This document shows positions 47,512 to 60,290 of a stretch of 64,000 nucleotides of DNA, one piece after another. The translations under genes were made by a program, and so were the position numbers. Below the pieces are notes generated by a model. It was not told where the DNA came from and searched no databases. It worked only from the letters and a program-made list of their open reading frames with translations. Position 1 is the first letter of the stretch; each line of letters begins with the position of its first letter. The stretch is from Paraspadella gotoi (taxonomy: Eukaryota > Animalia > Chaetognatha): assembly GCA_051294375.1 (NCBI GenBank), contig CM119264.1:10515832-10579831 (forward strand), read 5' to 3'.

Positions 47512-49225
47512 CGTTCGGAGCGGCGCCGCGGCCAGAGGCGCCTTACGTCATATCGAGATCGTTGAAGACGATAAACGTACGATCGAAGTGAGAGATGACG
47601 ACGACGAAGAAGAAGATCAGGGGAGATCGGGAGAAGACGATGAACGACGAGGAAAACGATATGAGAGAGAGAGCAGAGAGAGAGATGAGAGAGAGAGAAT
47701 GAGAGAGCAGAGACTGCAGAGATGAGAGAGAGGAGAGAGAGACGAGAGAGAGAGAAAGAGAGAGAGAGAGCTTTCTCGGCTTTCTACCAAGATAAACCTT
47801 CTCCTTTAATTGGCCGGAACAGAGAGATTGTTTTGCCCGGAGGCAGAGGCTTCCTTCCTTCCTTTTTTTTGGTTTATTTTATTTTTTTTAAGGTCGAAGA
47901 GGCGAGAGAGAAAATTGGCCTGCCTTTCTTTGCTTTATTTCTCTCTCTTCTCGTTTTCTCTCCAGTTTCGTTGTCCAGATGGGTTCTGCCCACCTCCGTT
48001 TCGCGGATTATTGTCTCGGTCTTGGGGCATCTTCCCGTCGCCGTGAGAGGGGTTCGGGTCTGGGTGCCTGATTAAGCCGCGTTGGAAGATACGTTTTTTT
48101 TTATTTTTGGAAGCTGCTCTCGATCGAAGACTTTAGGGCGTTAACTGATCGAATGAAAGTAATTTTTATGTGGGAGCGCTATTCTGATTGCAATATAAGA
48201 GTCAAATCAAGCATAAAAAATAACCTTTAATGGAATTAAATTTGATCATATTAGCTCTAAAGAATTTTATTTAACTCATTTTTGGTTTAATAATATTTAT
48301 TTTAGAAAGGCGGTCCACTTTTTTTAGAAAGAGCGTTCCATTTTTTTGCTTTCGACGCTAAACGATCTGCAAACAATCAGCTTAGTTAATCTCACGTCTC
48401 ACTTCTCTTGTTCAGTATTTTTCGGAGGCATTTTTGCTCATATCGGTTTAAAGTTCCCTTGGTTTTATTTTTATGCTTTACAAACATCACCTAGTTGTCG
48501 CTGGTGGTAGGGTATTAGGCTTACATTTTCTTGATTTTTCTTTATCATGAATTCTTTCCTCTCTCGTCAGTCATTTTCGCCTATTTTTGACTCTCTTCTC
48601 TCTCTCTCTCATCTTCGTCTCTCTCTCTCTCTCTCCTTCTCTCTCTCTCTCTTTTTGCAGAGCTTGTTTAAGAAAAAATCACCCTCAACAACTTGAATTT
48701 ATACAAAATTTAAAAATAAATTTAAGTTCTTATGAATGATAATAAGTAGCATAAAGTTTATTAAATGCCGGAAATCCCATCTTAGGCCAGCATGGATTTT
48801 TGAAAATGATAGTACTCTACCCGCAAAGCTGAACATGATTATGCATTTTTTTGTAAAAGATTAAAAATTTTTAAAATATTTCACGCCATAATCCGAGGAA
48901 TAGCTGGATATCTGGATGGCCCTAGATCCCTAAATAATATTATTAAGTTATTGAAGCATAAGATAAATGACAGGTCTATGATTCTGTTTTTAAGTTTTTA
49001 AAATAAAAGGTCGATTTCCCATTATATATATATAATATATAATCCCTATATAAATTTTAAAAATCTTTTTTATAGAGCGTCGTCTGGAATTAAAAGTTAT
49101 AAAGTGCTCGCGTTTTTGTTATTTTTCTTTTTCTTTTTTTTCTTGCGCAGTCAGGGAGTGTACACTGTACAGTGAACACCTGTACAGTTGTTTATTAAGA
49201 NNNNNNNNNNNNNNNNNNNNNNNNN

Positions 49226-50923
49226 TTTCTCCTCCTCTTTCTGTTCTTTTTTCTGTCTTTCTTTCCTTTTTTTAAACCTTTTTTCTTTTTTACTTTATTG
49301 TTTTTTTTTTATGTTTTTTTATTTCTTTTCCCTCATTCCTACCTCTATTTTCTACGACTAGTACTGAATTGGCAGCCAAGCTGCAATACTAAATAAATAT
49401 CGCTCATTTTTCTTTCCTCTTCCTTTCTTCCTTTGTCCATCGTCTTTTTTCTTTTCTTTCCTTTTCCTGCCTCCCGTCTCCTCTAGAGGGTTAAAATCCG
49501 AACGAGTTGAAATTATTCAGGTAGAATAAGATCGTCAGCGAGTGAAATTCATGAGGCCTGCAATGTTAATTCCACCCCGAACTTCACAAAAGGAGAAGAA
49601 ACCTTGACAATTTATAGGGTTTGGGATCGACGAGCGGTGGTGACTGGGCGAGGGGTGGGCGTTGGAACCAAGGTCGGGACCGGGAGACGCAACGCCGACG
49701 AAAGGAATTGTGGAACCCGCGGAAAATGGACGCCCGGCGCGGGAAACGGATGACGACTCTAACCTTTTTCGCCGCGAAAATCGAAGAAATGACGTACAAC
49801 GTCCTCGCATTTTCTCAAAAAATGCGACGAACAAAATGTGCGTCTCTTTGAATGCGCGACCACCACGCACGAATGACGCCGCGAGGGGAAACGTCATTGC
49901 GACGTTGTTATGCGACTCGGATTCGCGATTCTTATCCGCGACCTCAACGAAATTCGCCTCCAAGGGTGGCAAATCAACCGCGATTACATGTTTTGGACGT
50001 TTATGACGGTCCCTCTCGAAACGTATATATATATATATATACCTGTGACATCTTTCGTCCTGACTTACTACCGCGTCCTTCTCTTCGACGCTCTTCTTCT
50101 TAGACGTCATCTTGCGTCATCGCTCTGCTTCCTCGGATTACGATGAGCGTCTTGCTTCGTCTCTCCTTAATGGGAGAAATTCAATTTTTTATTATATCAG
50201 AGGAATTAGTTGGGGGAGATTTGGGCAGGCGTCTTCAAGGGTAGCGCATAGTAGGAGAACGAATGGGAAAGATTTGCGACCCAACTTTTTATTCTGATTA
50301 GTTAATTCCGGATTTTTCATTTTTAGAAATATAAAATGAAAGTTCAATAAAACTATGAAACATTACAGTTTATTTAAAACAAATTTTTTGAGCAATTTTT
50401 TTTTTGTTGTAAAAAGACATATTATTTTGAAAGAAACATGCGAAGAAAAACTCACCTATGCAGCCGAAACGAAGCAGAAGAATCGCGAATTGAGGAATTT
50501 GACGAAAACTCGTCGTTTGTGCCTCGATCCAACATTTTGGAACATTTCGTACAGCATTGACGTCAGATGCAGGCGAAGACGCAAAAACCGTCAGGTTTCC
50601 AAGTCGTTTTCGTTTCCATTCCGTCGTCGGCGTCGATCGTCGCCCCGATAGGCGTTGGCCAGCGTTCGAAGGTCGGCGGCGCCATTCGTTCGGAGCGGCG
50701 CACGCGGCGCAGGGCGCCTGACGTCATCGAGATCGTTGAAGACGATAACTGTACGATCGGAAGTGAGATGATGACGACGACGAAGAAGGAAGAGTCAGGG
50801 GAGAATCGGAGAAGCACGATGAACGACGAGGAAAAAACGATATGAGAGAGAGCAGAGAGATAGAGAGAGAGAGAGAAAGGGAGACGAGAGACTGGCAGAG
50901 AGAGTGAGACGACGGAGAGAGGA

Positions 50924-50957
<34 letters not shown>

Positions 50958-51625
50958 TACTAACGGGCTTCTCAAGATAAAACCTTCTCCCTTTAATTGC
51001 GCCGGAACAGCGAGAGATTGTTTTGCCCGGAGGCCAGAGGCTTCCTTCCTTCCTTTTTTTATGGTTTATTTTATTTTTTTTAAGGTCGAAGAGGCTGAAG
51101 AGAGAAAAATTGGCCTTGCCTTTTCTATTGCTTTATTTCTCTCTCTTCTCAGTTTTCTCTCCAGTTTTCGTTGTCCAGATGGGTCTTTGCCCACCGTCCG
51201 GTTTCGCGGATTATTGTCTCGGTCTTGCGGGCATCTTTCCCGTCGCCGGTGAGAGTGGTTCGGGTCTGGGCTTGCCTGTATTAAGCCGCGTTGGCAAGAT
51301 ACGTTTTTTCTTTATTTTTGAAGCTGGCCTCTCGATCGAAGACTGTTACGGGCGTTTAACTGATCGGAATGGAAGTAATTTGTTATGTGGGAGCGCTTAT
51401 TCTGGATTGCCAATAATAAGCAGTCAAAATCAAGCTATAAAAATAACCTTTAATGGAATTAAATATTGATCATATTATGCGCTTAAAGAATTATTATTTA
51501 AACTCATTTTGTTTATTAATATTATTTTAGAAAGGCGTTTCACTTTTTTTTTAGAAGGAAGCGTTCCATTTTTTAGTGCCTTCGACGCCTAAACGATACT
51601 GCCAAACAATCAGCTTAGGTTTAAT
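49226..51625. other. Indel-rich second copy of ~46160-48390 including GPCR exon 1; probable false duplication from gap filling
   Basis: Starts right after a 25-N gap, is collinear with the first copy and differs mainly by scattered 1-nt insertions that frameshift the exon copy. Confidence 0.8.
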
Positions 51626-53955
51626 TCGTTTTATGTTGCGCCAATAAAAAACGTTGGTTTCGGAAGAAAACTTATTCTTTTTAACAGTAAAAAAGTAAAA
51701 AAGTTACCGTTCGTTAATAAACAACTGTACAGTGTTCACTGTACAGTGTACACTCCTGTCAAAAAAATAAGCGACTTAATCCAAGCTATAAAAAGATTTA
51801 AAATTATAAGGTGATATATATTACTAAAAGAACGCTATTTAAACAAACAAAAACATACTTATATTTATAACTTTTAATGTCAGTACGTCTCTATATAAAA
51901 AGATTTTTAAACATTTATATAGGGATTATATATTATAAATAACTATATAATGCGGAAATCGACCCTTTTATTTAAAAACTTCAATAAACAGAATCATAGA
52001 CCTAGTTCATTTATTCTTATGCTTCCCAATAACTTTAATAATAGTTATTTAGGATCTAGGGCCATCAGATATCCAGCTATCCCTCGGGATATTGGCGTTG
52101 AAATTTTTAAATTTTAATCTTTTACAAAAAATGCAATATGGTTCAGCTTTTGCGGTAGGTAGTTCATTTTCCAAAAAATCAGTTGCTCCTAAAGGCGATT
52201 TTCCGATTTTAATAAAGCTTTTTATGCTAAACTTATTATCATTCTAAACTTAAATTTATTTTTAAATTTGTTACCTCCAAATTCGCAAGTTGTGTGTGGT
52301 GATTTGTATTCCTTTTCTTTTTCCTCCCTCCCCTCAATGTGTGATGGAGAGCATAAAATCACTCCCAACAACTTGATTTATATACAAAATTTAAAAATAA
52401 ATTTAAGTTTTATGAATGATAATAGTTAGGCATAAAGTTTATAAAATCGGAAATACCATCTTAGGAGCACTGATTTTTGGAAAATGATAGTACTCTACCC
52501 GCAAGCTGAACATGATCTTGCATTTTTTTGGTTAAAGAGATTAAAAATTTTTTAAAAATTTTTCACGCCATATCCCGGGATAGGACTGGATATCTGGATG
52601 GCCCTAGATCCCTAAATAATATTATTAGAAGTTATTTGAAGCATAAGATAAATGAACAGGTCCTATGATTTCTTGTTTTTTAAGTTTTTAAATAAAAGTC
52701 GACTTTTCCCATTATATTAAATAATGATAGTCAATCCCTATATAAATTCTTAAAAATCTTTTTTATAGAGCGTCTGGAATATTAAAAGTTATAGAAGTGT
52801 CGGTTTTTGTTTTTTTTTTTTCTTTTTCTTTGCACAGTCAGGAGTCGTGTAACACTTGTACAGTGAACACCTGTACAGTTGTTTATTTAAGACGGTAACC
52901 TTTTTTACTCTTTTACTGTTAAAAAAGAAGTATATTTTCTTCCGGAAAACCAACGTTTTTATTGCGCAACAAGCGCGATTAACAGTGAGGAAAATAGAAA
53001 AGAAAAACAAAGAAAAGAAATACAAAGCCGGCAAAAAAAGGAAGATAACAAAAAACCAAAAACAACGAGGAGAAAAATGAGAAAAAAAAGAAGAAAAATC
53101 AAACAAAAAAAAATTTATTATAAATGAAATTGGTACAACCAATATAAAAATTATCCATTCATTTAATAAATAAGCTATCTTGTCCCTGACTTTGGACAGG
53201 CTTTGGTGGTTTAAGGCCTCCATCACACTTACAAGATAATAACATAGCAGGTTTCTGCAAGCTTTCAATCAAGACTCTCTCACAGTCTTATTTATTCACT
53301 CCCAGTGAACCTGGCTTCCCTATCAATGAAGTGGTATAATATTTCAAAGAATGTTTCAATTGTATGAAAAGACCACTCCCTTAAGTATTAGATCGGGGAA
53401 TACTATATTGTACTCCGCACTAGCATCAAAATACAAGGAGCTGAATTTTATGAAATGAAAGGATGCACATACTGGAGACTTCAATAACTTACGATCCGAC
53501 AATACTTCCATCCAATTATAACGTTTTTATTTTTATCTTAAAACATTCATAATAGTTTTTAATACAATTTTTCTCACCCACTTACTCTTGTGCCAATTTG
53601 GAAAACAAATGCAAAAATTCTCCGTCGTTTTTTCGTTGTTGCTATCTTTATGTTTTGGTGGCTGCGTCAACGGATTCGTCCTGCATATTTTTTTATCGCG
53701 TCGCTCGATTCTGGAGAACGTCGTAAATCTTGACGCGCGTCGTCGTCGTCGTTGTCGTCGTTGTTACGGTTCCGTCGTTTAACGAGGGATTTAACACATT
53801 TACCGCTAAAAAAAAATCGAATTTGAAAAACCTTTTTTCCTGATTGGTTAGATGGGGTTCCACGCGGAAAAATATAATCTCTACTAATATTGTATATAAT
53901 TGACTAAAGAGTAGAGTGGAGCACTGGGCAACATAAATTTTATTTNNNNNNNNNN

Positions 53956-54271
53956 TACTCTTGTGCCAATTTGGAAAACAAATGCAAAAATTCTCCGTCG
54001 TTTTTTCGTTGTTGCTATCTTTATGTTTTGGTGGCTGCGTCAACGGATTCGTCCTGCATATTTTTTTATCGCGTCGCTCGATTCTGGAGAACGTCGTAAA
54101 TCTTGACGCGCGTCGTCGTCGTCGTTGTCGTCGTTGTTACGGTTCCGTCGTTTAACGAGGGATTTAACACATTTACCGCTAAAAAAAAAATCGAATTTGA
54201 AAAACCTTTTTTCCTGATTGGTTAGATGGGGTTCCACGCGGAAAAATATAATCTCTACTAATATTGTATAT
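53956..54271. other. Gap-flanked near-exact duplicate of ~53583-53897 (assembly artefact); gap 54272-54946
   Basis: About 315 bp nearly identical, lying between two N-runs. Confidence 0.85.
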
Positions 54272-55501
54272 NNNNNNNNNNNNNNNNNNNNNNNNNNNNN
54301 NNNNNNNNNNNNNNNNNNNNNNNNNNNNNNNNNNNNNNNNNNNNNNNNNNNNNNNNNNNNNNNNNNNNNNNNNNNNNNNNNNNNNNNNNNNNNNNNNNNN
54401 NNNNNNNNNNNNNNNNNNNNNNNNNNNNNNNNNNNNNNNNNNNNNNNNNNNNNNNNNNNNNNNNNNNNNNNNNNNNNNNNNNNNNNNNNNNNNNNNNNNN
54501 NNNNNNNNNNNNNNNNNNNNNNNNNNNNNNNNNNNNNNNNNNNNNNNNNNNNNNNNNNNNNNNNNNNNNNNNNNNNNNNNNNNNNNNNNNNNNNNNNNNN
54601 NNNNNNNNNNNNNNNNNNNNNNNNNNNNNNNNNNNNNNNNNNNNNNNNNNNNNNNNNNNNNNNNNNNNNNNNNNNNNNNNNNNNNNNNNNNNNNNNNNNN
54701 NNNNNNNNNNNNNNNNNNNNNNNNNNNNNNNNNNNNNNNNNNNNNNNNNNNNNNNNNNNNNNNNNNNNNNNNNNNNNNNNNNNNNNNNNNNNNNNNNNNN
54801 NNNNNNNNNNNNNNNNNNNNNNNNNNNNNNNNNNNNNNNNNNNNNNNNNNNNNNNNNNNNNNNNNNNNNNNNNNNNNNNNNNNNNNNNNNNNNNNNNNNN
54901 NNNNNNNNNNNNNNNNNNNNNNNNNNNNNNNNNNNNNNNNNNNNNNAAAAAAAAAGTCATGATTTCTGGTCGGTGGGCAACAACAACAACAACGACGACG
55001 ACGACCACTAGGATTGTTTATCTCAGAAACGCGAATCGATCCTCGCGCGAGCGACAAACATTTTTCATCGATGACTTTCGATCTTTCAATTCGAATCGAA
55101 TCTGTTTACTGACACAAGACTTTTAGAATCCTTGATTGTTTAAGCAGCGACAATTGAGCTCAGTGCTTTGTTTGTTTGTTTGTTTTTTTTCCTGAAGGGC
55201 TCTCGGGCGAGTTTGTTTGAATAAACTAATAAGCAAGGAGTTTCGCAAACGTTCTAAAAAAAAAAATTAGAAAAATTAAAAAAACGACAAAAAATGAAAT
55301 TGAGAAAAACATCTGAAACGGGAAATTTAGGGTGAAAATGTGAAATTAGTAAGATAATTGAGTTGGTGGGTGACGGAAATGAAAGAGAAAAATCTGAAAG
55401 GAAAGTCTGAAAACAAATAAAGCTAATAGAGTACGTAACAAAGTGGAAAAGGAGGGAAAAAAAGGAAAAACCCAAGTACTTGAATACGAGAAAACGATAA
55501 A

Positions 55502-55545
<44 letters not shown>

Positions 55546-57139
55546 AAAAAGGAAGAAAGAAAGAAAGAAAAAAAGAAAAAAAAGGAAGAAAAAATGAAGG
55601 AAAAGAGGAAATTGAGCGGAATAATGAAGTAGCGTTAAACTTAAAGCATTGTAGCGACAGAGAAATAAAATTCGGTGTATTTGATAATAAGAAATAAATC
55701 AAAAATGAGAAAAGAAAAAGGAAGAAAATAGAAAAAAATGGGAGAGTGAATGAAAGTGAGTCAGATAATGAATAAAAAGGAGGAGAGTTTTCACGGAGGG
55801 AAAGATTGGCTGGCCTCAAGGTTGGCAGAGGCCAAGTGGGAGAAAGAAATAGAAATCCAATGGTCAGTGGTTCCATCTGCTGATGTCATTCTCTATATAT
55901 ACTCTATAGTCTATACACGCCGTTTTTATTCCTATTCTCATTAATATGCTTCTGATGTCAAGCAAAAGGTCAGTATATGTTATTTGGAAGAAGGATAAAA
56001 CACATTAAAAGTTTTTAATAAGTCCTCTGACAGCTGACCGTCGAGTGACCTTCGTCCTTGCGGTGAATCGTGGGCCATCGTCAAGAAATAAGAGGAAGAA
56101 AAAAAAAATTTGAAAAAAGTGAGAAGAAAAAAAATAGAGAAGGAGAAAATAAAAGGGAAGAAAAGTTTGCGGAGAAAGCAATATCAGGTTTTTATTAGAA
56201 AAAGAGGGAAACCGGAGACAGAGTCACGCGAATTTCTCGTCGAATAAAAAGGAACAAAATGGAGGTTGGGCGACAAATGGAAAAGTTAAACATGGACCAT
56301 AAGTCCGAACGACGGGAGAAAGGCTACGGATAGCTTTTTATTACAACAATGACAACGACAACAACAGCGATCTTTTAACCGTTGTTCCAATGAAGAGAAG
56401 GAAGGAAAGGAGAGACGGATGGAGACAAAGAAAGAAAAGGAGCGAAGTAAAAAAAAACCTTGCGACATCAAAACCAAACAATATCAGAAAAATATAAAGA
56501 TATAACGAATGTTGCATTGATTTAAGCTTCCGAAACTGGATATGGTTAAAGGTATAATATTTTATATTTGGGATAACGTGCTAAGATTTTGGGGATCAAT
56601 TGTTTCCGTCATGCGTGAGATTTCATTGTATCGGAGAAGAAAAATGAAAAGAGAAGCTTTTCTTTTTTCTGGGTCAATCTTATCTTTTCACGGGTGACCG
56701 GTCACTGGTCATTCCCCAGAAAATGAGAAAACTCAATACCTCCCTTTGTCTTTGGAGCAAAGGTTATCACCAGTATAAGCCACATCAAGAGAAAATGGGT
56801 CAGACACATGAAGTAATTTCGTTTAACTCCTGAGTGTCCGTTGGTCAATTGATCAAGTTTCCTGCACAAGAAAAAATGAACAAATTCGAAACGCGGGTCT
56901 TTTAGAAATAAAGATTATCTTACCGTCGTTCATTTCGTTATTGTCTTTTGGTTTGGTAGGTATAGTTTTTGGTATCAATTAAAAAAATACCTACCTTCAA
57001 AACTTACTTGACATTACTTATAATGTCTTTCGATTTTCTAAATTTTTTGAAAAAATCCTAAAAACTCTCGCAAAAAAGCTCAGCTCATTGAAGAGAGAGA
57101 GAGAGAGAGAAGGAGAGAGAGAAGAGAGAGAGAGAGGAG

Positions 57140-57170
<31 letters not shown>

Positions 57171-57974
57171 TGCAAGTGGATAGTGAAGAGAGAAGGGAAA
57201 TTGATGCTGCTCGGGCCAACGAGTTATGGACCAAGAAAGCCTCCAATTCGTCGCGGACAAGTCAAAGCGTGAAACTTTTTTCCACCTCCGCCCAACAAAC
57301 GGCGCCTCGTCGGCCCACTTCTCCCAATTTTGATTACTCCCTCCCTCTCATCCGCCGCCGTCTGTCCCGTAAGTGACTTCCCTTCGTATCTCAACTCGAT
57401 TTTTGCTCTTTCTTAAAATCGCAGACCTTGGTTTCCCTCTCATCGATAATTCTCTCTCCTCTCATCTCTCTCTCTTCCTCTCTCTCCTCTCTGCTCTTCT
57501 GTCTCTCTCTCTCTCGCTCTCTCTCTCTCGTCTCTCTCTCTCTCTCTCTCTGCTCTCGTCTCTCTCGTCTCATCTCTCTTCTCGTCATCTCCATTCTTCT
57601 CTCTCCATCTCTTTCTCTGTTCTCTCTCTCTCTCTCTCTCCTCTCTCTTCTCCCACTCCTACCTTTTCATCGCCTCCCATTAAATCCACCCATTCCACGT
57701 CCGCCCTCGCTCCCTCCAGCCCTTTCCTCGTCCTTCGGGTCGATAGGAATCGGGGCATAAGGTCTCGACCTTCAGGTCCACCCCTGTTCACGGACATCGT
57801 AGAAAAATATTCCACTCGATTCTCGATCCAATTTTTTTCCTTGTATTTTTATGAGTTTAAATAGTGGATGAGAAAAATTCGTTTGAAAAAGGTAGAAGAA
57901 TGAAGAATGAGAATTTAAGAAATGAGAGAAGCAGTAGAGAGTTAACAACGGTCGCTTTGGCTGTGAAAGTCAGT

Positions 57975-58050
57975 TTGGTCGTCCGTGCCGACGTCCGTAC
58001 GTCGCGTCCGTCCGTCCGTCCGTGCCGTCCGCCGTCCGACCCACCTTAGC
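57975..58050 (+). repeat. (GTCC)n microsatellite, probable HINE family A fragment
   Basis: Degenerate GTCC repeats ending in CCCACCTTAGCA, as at ~11336-11364. Confidence 0.45.
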
Positions 58051-60031
58051 ATTACAATTACCACTGCAACTAGCATAATGACCAAAGTTAAAAAAAAAAA
58101 ATGATGATTGTACAATAATAAGTATTAAATAAAAAAAATTGCAAGAAATAATATAACTCAAATGCCTTAGTAAGCCTAATTAAGTAATTACGCTCAAAAG
58201 TTGTGCTGCACATCCGCCATCGTTTTGCTCTATCTTTTTTCTCCTCGTTTATAATTTTATTTATTATTTAATATTTATTGAATATTATATATTTAAATAG
58301 TGATGCTCCCTTTAACCTTCTATGTGCTTAAATGTTGTTCTCAACAGAATTTCTCTCCTCTTCAAGGCTTCCCGGAAAATTCCCATTTTTATCATCGAAG
58401 ATCAAAGTTGTTGAGTCCGAGCGACAAATACAACATTATAAAAACCTATAAATTCGGTTTTTAGATTTAATAAACTTGCTTTTTGACTTGAAGCTCCCGC
58501 GGGAGACTCGGATTTCGTAAAGACATTTTTGCGGAGAAGAAGCGGGACGACGACGACGACGACAGGAACGACGAAGGACGACGGACGAGATGACGACATT
58601 ATAACTCTCGGCTTTGCGACCGCAAAGGTCGCGGGTTCGAATGCCGAGGCTCGATAACGTCTCCCTGCTTCTTAACGTCTGAATAAATTGATTTGCAAGA
58701 CGGGAAATTTTCTCTCGACAAAAAACACGGAGCGACGACGGCGACGACGACGATGAACGACGGCGACGACGAGGACGAAGGATGAAAGACGAACGACGAA
58801 GGCGACGGCCTTCGCAAGAATGCGAGAAATTCTCTAACCATAAAAAAATTGACGTTTCGTTGGGTGACGAAAGATGGAAAGAGAGAAGAAAAGGCGGGAA
58901 AAGTGTAAAGATTCCAATACAAGATCGAGAATACTTGAAAATTTTTTTCGCTCACTCGACGTTTCAGTTCTTAATTCTCATTCACCGTATTCCAAACCGA
59001 CTGTCATTGGTGTAAATGAGAATGTTCATTGCTCATCGAATAACTTACCCAGTCGCACTTACCCTAAACGAAAATGTTATTAAGTAAATACAGCAACCGA
59101 AAGATTTTATAATGCCAATTATTTCAATTTTTAAATCTTTTTGATTAAATCTTCTATACATGTAAAGAAACGGTGGCGGCAAGACTTAAAGCTGCCTCAC
59201 TAGTCACTGAGTCACTACTGGGGTCCGACTCCACAGTCCTGCGTTCAACTTTCTCTCATCCTCATTCTATTCACCTTACTCTGACACTCCTCAATACCTC
59301 AGAGCTCCAGTCCTTACCTGCGGGAAAAATCCCATGGCTTCGGATCAGGCGAGAGTGATGGTAAGGTCATAGAACGTGGGCAGAGAAACAGCACAAACAT
59401 AGAGGAGAGGAATTTACGCGCGGGGTTGACTTTTCGATTAGAAAACAAGATTTAATAGGGAACAGCGAATGTATGAAGGCGTGGAAGTCGTAGAACTTGT
59501 TAGCGGGCGTGAAAAAATGCGATGCTTCGGTCCAGAACACTAATTTGGCGGAAGAAGAAAAAGGGTAGGGGCAAGGAAAGTAGAATTCGCGGCGGCAGTC
59601 GCTGAGGACGGACAGTAGTGATGAGAGAGAGTTGAACCAGGACGTGGAGTCGGACAGTGAACTGAACTGAAGCTGGACTGAACACGTGAGATAAAAACGT
59701 CGCTGCAAGCAGACAACGCGAAATGAATGAGAATACTGGATGATGATAATAAAATGAGGAAGTGAATTGAAAAAAAAAACCAAAAAAACAGGAGAGAGAT
59801 TCCGATGGAGAGAGCGATAGAGGGAGAGAGAGAGAGAAGAGAGTGGGGGAAATCGACGTAAAAATTAGTCCTGTGCGAAAAAAAGTCGACAACATTGCGC
59901 CATTCACTACGGATTTCCAAATTTTGAGTCTATAATTATAGTCAGTTAGAGTCATAACAACTCATTTCATTTCACTCCCCTTTAAATTCGTATAAATCTT
60001 TAGATTTCTTTATTATTAAAAAAAATTCATA

Positions 60032-60290
60032 CTATGGGAACAGCTGGGTTTGCCTGTGATGCCCATTGGGATGGGGCATCTCACTGTTGGCTTTGTGGGC
60101 TTCCGACCCTGCAGTGAAACGTCTCAGTCACTGGCCGGTTACCCCAAGGAACGGTCTCGCTATGCCAACGCAGAGGGATAGTCGTTAGGACTGGGATGAA
60201 ACACTACACTTGGATGGTGTGTTCCTCATCTGAGCAATGGATTTCTGAAGATGATGGGACGTGAGGCGTGTAAATATACCGCCACAATAC
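60032..60290 (-). mobile_element. Second copy of the 18690-18937 repeat family
   Basis: Shares TGCCTGTGATGCCCATTGGGA.GGGGCATCTCACTGTTGGCTTTG, GTCACTGGC, ACGGTCTCGCT and TATACCGCCACAA. Confidence 0.6.

Noticed and set aside
50455-50690. GPCR paralogue or pseudogene exon 1
   Set aside because: The insertion-dominated error pattern and adjacent N gap indicate an uncorrected long-read duplicate.
54040-55126. Long ORFs of 232-322 aa in the ORF track
   Set aside because: They are translations of an N gap.
58605-58652. tRNA gene (GGGTTCGAAT T-loop/B-box motif)
   Set aside because: No acceptor stem or D arm; at most a SINE-head relic.
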